Below, piece by piece: positions 54,430 to 64,000 of a DNA stretch of 64,000 nt. A program made the position numbers and the translations under genes. The stretch is from Eledone cirrhosa. Its lineage: Eukaryota. The stretch is from the NCBI GenBank assembly GCA_964016885.1, contig OZ024751.1, positions 27,900,001-27,964,000 on the forward strand, given 5' to 3'. The stretch's first letter is position 1; each line of letters begins with the position of its first letter. A model generated the notes under the pieces. The model worked only from the letters and a program-made list of their open reading frames with translations. It ran no database searches and was not told the DNA's origin.

Positions 54430-55116
54430 CAAAAAGCGAAAGAGCAAACGCTCCAGTGCAGTTAGGTGAGGCTTAGGACAAGGCACGACGGTCAGGCTGT
54501 AGTAGATGACGGATACGATGTACGCATTCGCCACCTCCGCTTGACCTTTCAGGGATAGCTTCCTCTCGGCCCATTTCTGGGTGAGAGAAAACACCTTGCT
54601 CGTGACTTCCTCCCAGTTTTTGTCCGTCTGGAGGTCCGGACCGAACCAGACCCCTAGCAATTTAACCGGTCCGTCAGTCCAGCGCCCGACGACGCTGTTG
54701 GACGGCATGGACTTGCCTCTCCAGGTGCCGAGTTGCAGGCCTACTGATTTTTCCTGGTTGATCATTGCTCCTGTCACTACCTCGTATTCTCTTAGTATGG
54801 TGCCGATTGCCTCAATGTGTTTGGTGTTCGACACCACTACGGTGATGTCGTCTGCATAAGCTGACACTGTTCTTCCGCATCCTAGTTCACGTGGGATCCC
54901 CCTCAACGTCTCCAGTTTGTGCAGTAATGGCTCGTGTGTCGATACGTACAACAAGGGCGAGAGAGGACATCCTTGGCGGATCGAGCGCATGATGTTGAAC
55001 GGTTCCGAAAGGTGACCGTTCACTCTCACCACAGAGCAGATGTCGCTGTGCATGGCAGCAATCCAGCCTCTGAAGACAGGCCCAAAGCCAGCTGTTCTTA
55101 GGACTGCTGCCATGTG
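54430..55116 (-). mobile_element. Tx1/L1-clade LINE reverse transcriptase fragment
   Basis: VRVNGHLSEPF...RQGCPLSPLLY...AYADDIT...INQEKS...KLLGVWFG; truncated at both ends. Confidence 0.9.
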
Positions 55117-55914
55117 ACTATAATGATAATGGTGATGATGATGGTGATGATGATGGCGATGATGATGATTATGATGATGATATCAATGATGATGACGATG
55201 ATGATGATTAATGTGCTGCTACTTCTGTTGATGCTGCTGCTGTGTTGCTGCTGCTGATGATGATGGTAGTGGTGGTGGTGGTGGTGAAGAACAGGACGAC
55301 GATAATGATGATGATGATTATAACGATGATGATTATAACGATGATTATGATAATGATGATGATGATGATGATATGGATGATGATAATGATAATGTTGATG
55401 ATGTTCATGATGATAATGATAATGATGTTGATGTTAATGATGATATGGATGATGATGATGATGATGATGATGATGTATGATGAACTCCAGGGGGTTAACA
55501 ATAACAATAACAAACACATAAGAACAAAAAAACAAAATGACAGAAATTACAATCATTTTTTTTTTCTTTCTTCTTTCAAATTATCATTTTTCCATTTTCT
55601 TTTGCGCGAAGCAAGAATGATTTCGTAAAAAGCAAACAGAATGGGAATAACAAAAGTATAGAAATAAATGAATAGAATAGGATATATAATATATAATATA
55701 TAATATATAACATATAATATAGTATAGTAATGAAAATGGAGAAATGATAAATAAAAATATAAACAATTTATGAAAAAAAAGAAACAATAAACAAGGTAAA
55801 ATGAAGCAAAACCGTAAAACGCATAAGAACAAAATGGCGCCTATAATTCTCCTGTTGTTTTATTCGATGTGGCAGAGAGTAGTGAACTGTCAGCAGTGAG
55901 GATATATATATATA

Positions 55915-55990
<76 letters not shown>

Positions 55991-55998
55991 CATAAATA

Positions 55999-56127
<129 letters not shown>

Positions 56128-56129
56128 GG

Positions 56130-56270
56130 AAAGAAAGAAAGGAAGAAAGAAAGAAAGAAGGAAAGAAAGAAGGGAAGAAAGAAAGAAAGAATGAAAGAAA
56201 GAATGAAAAAAGAAAGGAAGACAGAAAGGAAGGAAGGAAGAGAGAAAGAAAGAAAGAATGAAAGAAAGAC

Positions 56271-56309
<39 letters not shown>

Positions 56310-56442
56310 ATGAAAGATGAAAGTAAGAAATTAATTAAGAAAGAAAGGAAGAAAAAGATTATTGATCAAAGAAAGGTGAATTGGAATAAACACCTGAGGA
56401 GAATGAGGATTACAGGTGAGAATAATAAGAAAGAAAGAAGAT

Positions 56443-56504
<62 letters not shown>

Positions 56505-57016
56505 TCGATAGATAGTAGAGATAGATAGATAGAGAGAGAGAGAAAGAAAGAAGGAAATGAAGAAGAAATTAAAAAGACGACCTAAAATGAGGCGAAGAAG
56601 AAGAAGAAGAAAGAAGAACAAGAACAAGAACAAGAACAAGAAGAACAAGAAAAAGACTAAGTAGACGATGTACAAGAAGAAGAAAAAGAAGAAGAGGAAA
56701 AAAGAAGAAGAGGAAGAAGAAGAGGAGGCGGAGGAAGAAGAAGAAGAAGAAGGAGAAGAAGAAGAAGAAGAAGAAGAAGAAGAAGAAGAAGAAGAAGAAG
56801 AAGAAGAAAAAGAAGAAGAAGAAGAAGAAGAACAAGAAGAAGAAGAAAAAGAAGAAGAAGAAGTTGAAGAAGAAGAGGATGAAGACGAAGGGGAAGAAGA
56901 AGAGGAAGAAGTAGAGGAAGTAACAGAAGAAGGATGAGGATGAGAAGAAGAAGAAGAAGAAGAAGAAGAAGAAGAAGAAGAAGAAGAAGAAGAAGAAGAA
57001 GAAGAAGAAGAAGAAG
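56130..57016. repeat. Polypurine block of (GAAA)n, (GA)n and (GAA)n
   Basis: Direct inspection. Confidence 0.9.
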
Positions 57017-57235
57017 GGTTTAGGACAAAGGATGACGTTGAAAAGAAATGAATTTACCTGGTCCCGGTATATTTTTTTGTCACAAAAGTCTTTTCAGATT
57101 TGTTCATCGATAGATCAATATATGTATAACATATATTGATACATTGCCGATTGTAATAGAATAGATTCAGCGGGGACAGAGAACGAATAATATATATATA
57201 ATATAAGATCAAAAGATGGTTAAAAGAGTTCCAAG

Positions 57236-57306
57236 TATTTTATTATGCGCATTTCAAAAACAAATATCATCATGGGATGATATTTGCGTTTTCATCAGAT
57301 AAAATA
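57236..57306 (-). ncRNA. Type I hammerhead ribozyme motif
   Basis: tattttat-CTGATGA-aaacgcaaatatcatc cc atgatgatatttgttttt-GAAA-tgcgca-TA-ataaaata; stem III is palindromic. Confidence 0.85.
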
Positions 57307-57363
57307 GGGAGACATGATATGAAGCTTAAAAAACACTTGCGAGCAGTGACGTGTTATATATAT

Positions 57364-57471
<108 letters not shown>

Positions 57472-57564
57472 CATATATATATATTATATATATATATATA
57501 ACACGTCACTGCTCGCAAGTGTTTTTTAAGCTTCATATCATGTTTCCCTATATATATATATATG

Positions 57565-57654
<90 letters not shown>

Positions 57655-57738
57655 GGAAAGATTTGAACAGGGACAAAACAGAGAGGCAGTACAACGATAT
57701 ATATATATACATATATATATACATACATATATATATAT

Positions 57739-57780
<42 letters not shown>

Positions 57781-57789
57781 AATAATAAT

Positions 57790-60148
<2,359 letters not shown>

Positions 60149-60292
60149 ATATATATATATATATATAATATATATATATATATTTATTAAAAATAACAGA
60201 TTAAAGTTTAAGCAAAGAATCGCTGCTTTCACCCTTAACGGGATCTTTGGATTTTAGTCTTCAAATTTATTATTATTATTATACAATAACAG

Positions 60293-60485
60293 GGCGGTGG
60301 ATTGGCAGTATCAGTAGAAGGTCGGACGCCATGCTTTCCAGCATAGTTACGTCCCTTTACGATCTGAGTTCAAATCCCGCCGAGGTTGACTTTGCCTTTC
60401 ATCCTTACGGGGTCGATAAAATAAAGTACCAGTAATGATGCACTGGGTATTTGCTGGCCTTGTGCCTAAACTAGAAACAATTATT
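60293..60485 (+). mobile_element. SINE family A, young copy
   Basis: Nearly identical to 43005-43200. Confidence 0.85.
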
Positions 60486-60506
60486 ATATATATATATATA
60501 TATATG

Positions 60507-60917
60507 TAGAAGTTCTATTTAATTTGTTGGGATACAACAAGCAAATATTTTTATAACTGATATAAAGCACTCAAGAAATTATTGGAGTAAAAATACAATA
60601 TATTAATAAATGGAAACTATATTTATAAAACCATATTTATTTCATTATACATATTTCAAGGACACCAAAGCAAATTATGGTGCGCTTTCATCAGATAAAA
60701 TATAATATAGATCAGTTTTATAAACACATATTGACTATCCGGGAGCTTCCAACCGACATGGTCGCATTCTTTAAGCGTGTGTCAATATTTGTTTATAAAA
60801 CTGATCTATATTATATTTTATCTGATGAAAGCGCACCATAATTTGCTTTGGTGTCCTTGAAATATGTATAATGAAATAAATATGGTTTTATAAATATAGT
60901 TTCCATTTGTTAATATA
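60507..60917. mobile_element. Inverted duplication of a Penelope 3' end (pLTR) with two hammerheads
   Basis: Arms about 60601-60735 and 60781-60917, homologous to 59930-60030. Confidence 0.85.
60814..60878 (+). ncRNA. Type I hammerhead ribozyme motif (mirror copy on minus at 60638-60702)
   Basis: ttttat-CTGATGA-aagcgcacca taatttgctt tggtgtcctt-GAAA-tatgta-TA-atgaaa. Confidence 0.8.
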
Positions 60918-60945
60918 TTATATATATATATATATATATATACAA

Positions 60946-61390
<445 letters not shown>

Positions 61391-61392
<2 letters not shown>

Positions 61393-61825
61393 GGAAAGTT
61401 ATATTTAAATTGTTGGGTTACAACTAGTAAATATTTATAACTGATATAAAAGCACTCAACAAGTATTTGGAGTATATTTACGATATTAAATAAATGGAAA
61501 CTATATTTATAAAACCATATCTATTTCATTATATATATTTCAGGGATATCATATTAACAATATGTTATGCCTTCTTCAGACAAAATACAATATAGACAGT
61601 TTTATAGATAAATAGATTTGACATACCGTTCAACATCGACTTGTATTTCAACTTTTTCAAATACAAGTCGATGTTGAACGGTATGTCAAATCTATTTATC
61701 TATAAAACTGTCTATATTGTATTTTGTCTGAAGAAGGCATAACATATTGTTAATATGATATCCCTGAAATATATATAATGAAATAGATATGGTTTTATAA
61801 ATATAGTTTCCATTTATTTAATATC

Positions 61826-61828
<3 letters not shown>
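61391..61828. mobile_element. Second inverted Penelope 3'-end duplication with two hammerheads
   Basis: About 170-bp arms 61479-61648 and 61659-61828; the tail is homologous to 60507-60600. Confidence 0.85.
61720..61785 (+). ncRNA. Type I hammerhead ribozyme motif (mirror copy on minus at 61522-61586)
   Basis: ttttgt-CTGAAGA-aggcataacatatt gtt aatatgatatccct-GAAA-tatata-TA-atgaaa. Confidence 0.82.
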
Positions 61829-61879
<51 letters not shown>

Positions 61880-62187
61880 CACGATACATTAACGGAGCCA
61901 TAGACTCTCGCCGTTCCCTGTAAATAATGTGCTCAAAGGAGAGGAAATCCCGGGCACTTTAGAATACAATATGTTGAAAAGGTAACACACTAGAGAGAGA
62001 TATGCAGTGCGCCATCAATAAAACAGGAAAAAACCACCAGTGTATGGAAATTAATTAATTAATTTTAATTATCGTGTCTATATTCAGCTTTCATAGGTTA
62101 TAGATTCCATACACTGGTGGTTTTCCCCTGTTTTATTGATGGCGCACTGTATATCTCTCTAGTGTGTTACCTTTTCAACATATTGTA
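61880..62187 (-). mobile_element. Fold-back palindrome plus tail in (TA)n
   Basis: Arms 61965-62049 and about 62104-62187; TGAGCAC on the minus strand at 61929-61935. Confidence 0.7.
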
Positions 62188-62199
62188 TATATATATGTA

Positions 62200-62236
<37 letters not shown>

Positions 62237-62403
62237 ATACATACATACATATAAATCCATACATACATACATACATACATACACGTATATATATATATAT
62301 GAATATATATTTGTGTGTGTATGTATGTAATCTCACCACTGTCATCACGTTGTTGTGTGGTGTAGTTTTGTATCTTCTCTTAGTACAATGTCCTGCTGGT
62401 GTT

Positions 62404-62622
62404 CACAACCATCACCATCACCACCACCACAACCATCACCATCATCATTATCATCACCACCATCACCACCACCACTCTCATCATCACCACCACCACCACC
62501 ACCACCACCACCACCACCACCACCACCACCACCACCACCACCACCACCACCACCACCACTCTCATCACCACCACCACCACCACCACCACCACCACTACTC
62601 TCATCATCATCATCATCACCAT
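62404..62622. repeat. (CAC/CAT)n microsatellite
   Basis: Direct inspection. Confidence 0.9.
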
Positions 62623-63166
62623 TATTACTATTATTGTTATTATTATTACTTATTATTGTTGCTGTTGTTGTTGTTGTTGCTACTACCTATTTACTCATGG
62701 TAGGTGTTATATAGTATATGTACACCTATTAATCCACCCAGTGTAACCAAGTGTGGCCAAATAGAGTTAAGCATGGTTCCACCAAAATCCCACCATCCCT
62801 CTATATATAATACAATGAATTCAATACTTTCTGGTGAACAACAAAAACAACATTGAAAACATCGTTAACATCCAATACTTCGTCATCTAAACTTAACTTA
62901 CTGAATAAAAGATCGCAGGATGTTTGTCTTCCATTTTCTTTTATTTTTATTATCGATGTTTCGAGTATGAAAGGACGGATGAACTTCGTTGGGTTTAAAT
63001 ATGAGGTGAATTAATGGCAGCTTCTCTTGCTACCATGATAAAAAAAAACAACAAAACAACAAAAAAAGACGGTAAAATAACAAATAAATGAATAAATAAA
63101 AAAAAAAAAATATATATATCTTTAAGTCGTTTAACTCTCTTATATATATATATATAAATATATATG

Positions 63167-63246
<80 letters not shown>

Positions 63247-64000
63247 TATATATATGTATAAATATATATATATATATATGTATAAATACATAAATAAATA
63301 AACAAACCAGAAAAAAGAGCAACGAAAGTCAGAAAGGTGTAAAGAAGTGTTACAATGACTTTGTCGACATGAAAGGTAAACGTAAAAACGATCCAGGTGG
63401 ATTTAAATCCACAAGGTAAAGATGAAACTAAATGATAAAACGGTGTTTTCTTCTACCCCCCCCCCCGGAAAAACCCCAACAAACACATAAAAAATAAACA
63501 AAATAAAATAGAAAGAAATTACACAGGCTTATAGAAGAAGTACACTGACTTGGTCTTTATTTTATCGACCTTCTAGAGATGAAAGGTAGAAGTAAATACA
63601 ATCCAGGTGGATTTAAATCCACAAAGTAAGAAATGATAAGTCAATGATAAAAGGTGTGTTTTTTTCTATTTGCGAAGGCAAAGAAGAAAAAAGTTAAAAG
63701 CAATCATAGAAGAGGAAGAGTAACTTCCCCGTATTTCATCTCCACCTTGATTCGTTCTATTTGCATTGTGTAGTACAAACATGGAGAACTTGTGGACTTC
63801 ATGCTACACGTGACCCTCGGAATGAAGTACAAATTTCAAAGATATGTTTGCATGGTTTGGACAGTGTCTCGCCACCTGTGGCCTTTTTGATATTGGAGTG
63901 TATGTTTGGTGATTCCATTTAATATAACATTTAGCTTTTATCTTAACTAATTAGGATGACTCAGAGAAATTCTCACTTATATTTCTAAATTTACATTTGT

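Noticed and set aside
55830-55841. YY1-like motif caaaatggcgcc as a promoter
   Set aside because: A single short motif with no associated gene or other support.

Overview
This is AT-rich animal genomic DNA saturated with microsatellites. The repeat landscape suggests a cephalopod such as Octopus, but that is inference. The window holds one protein-coding gene: the last seven coding exons (7661-19681, +) of a BICRA/BICRAL (GLTSCR1-domain, ncBAF subunit) homologue. They give about 2087 codons with consistent GT-AG phases; the start codon was not located. Most other ORFs in the track are microsatellite translations. The rest is mobile DNA: tRNA-derived SINEs, RTE and Tx1/L1 LINE fragments, MITEs, a Helitron-like element and a 5'-truncated Penelope-like element (RT + GIY-YIG). 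The most striking signal is a dispersed system of long fold-back palindromes, most inserted in (TA)n tracts. Many carry type I hammerhead ribozyme motifs with covarying stem II, and many share a TGAGYRC motif 40-60 nt from the (TA)n end. One locus (4653-5440) is a circularly permuted ~320-nt hammerhead-containing unit resembling a retrozyme. A candidate HDV-like ribozyme sits at the 5' end of an RTE-like 5'UTR. All structures were read by eye; no folding or database search was run.
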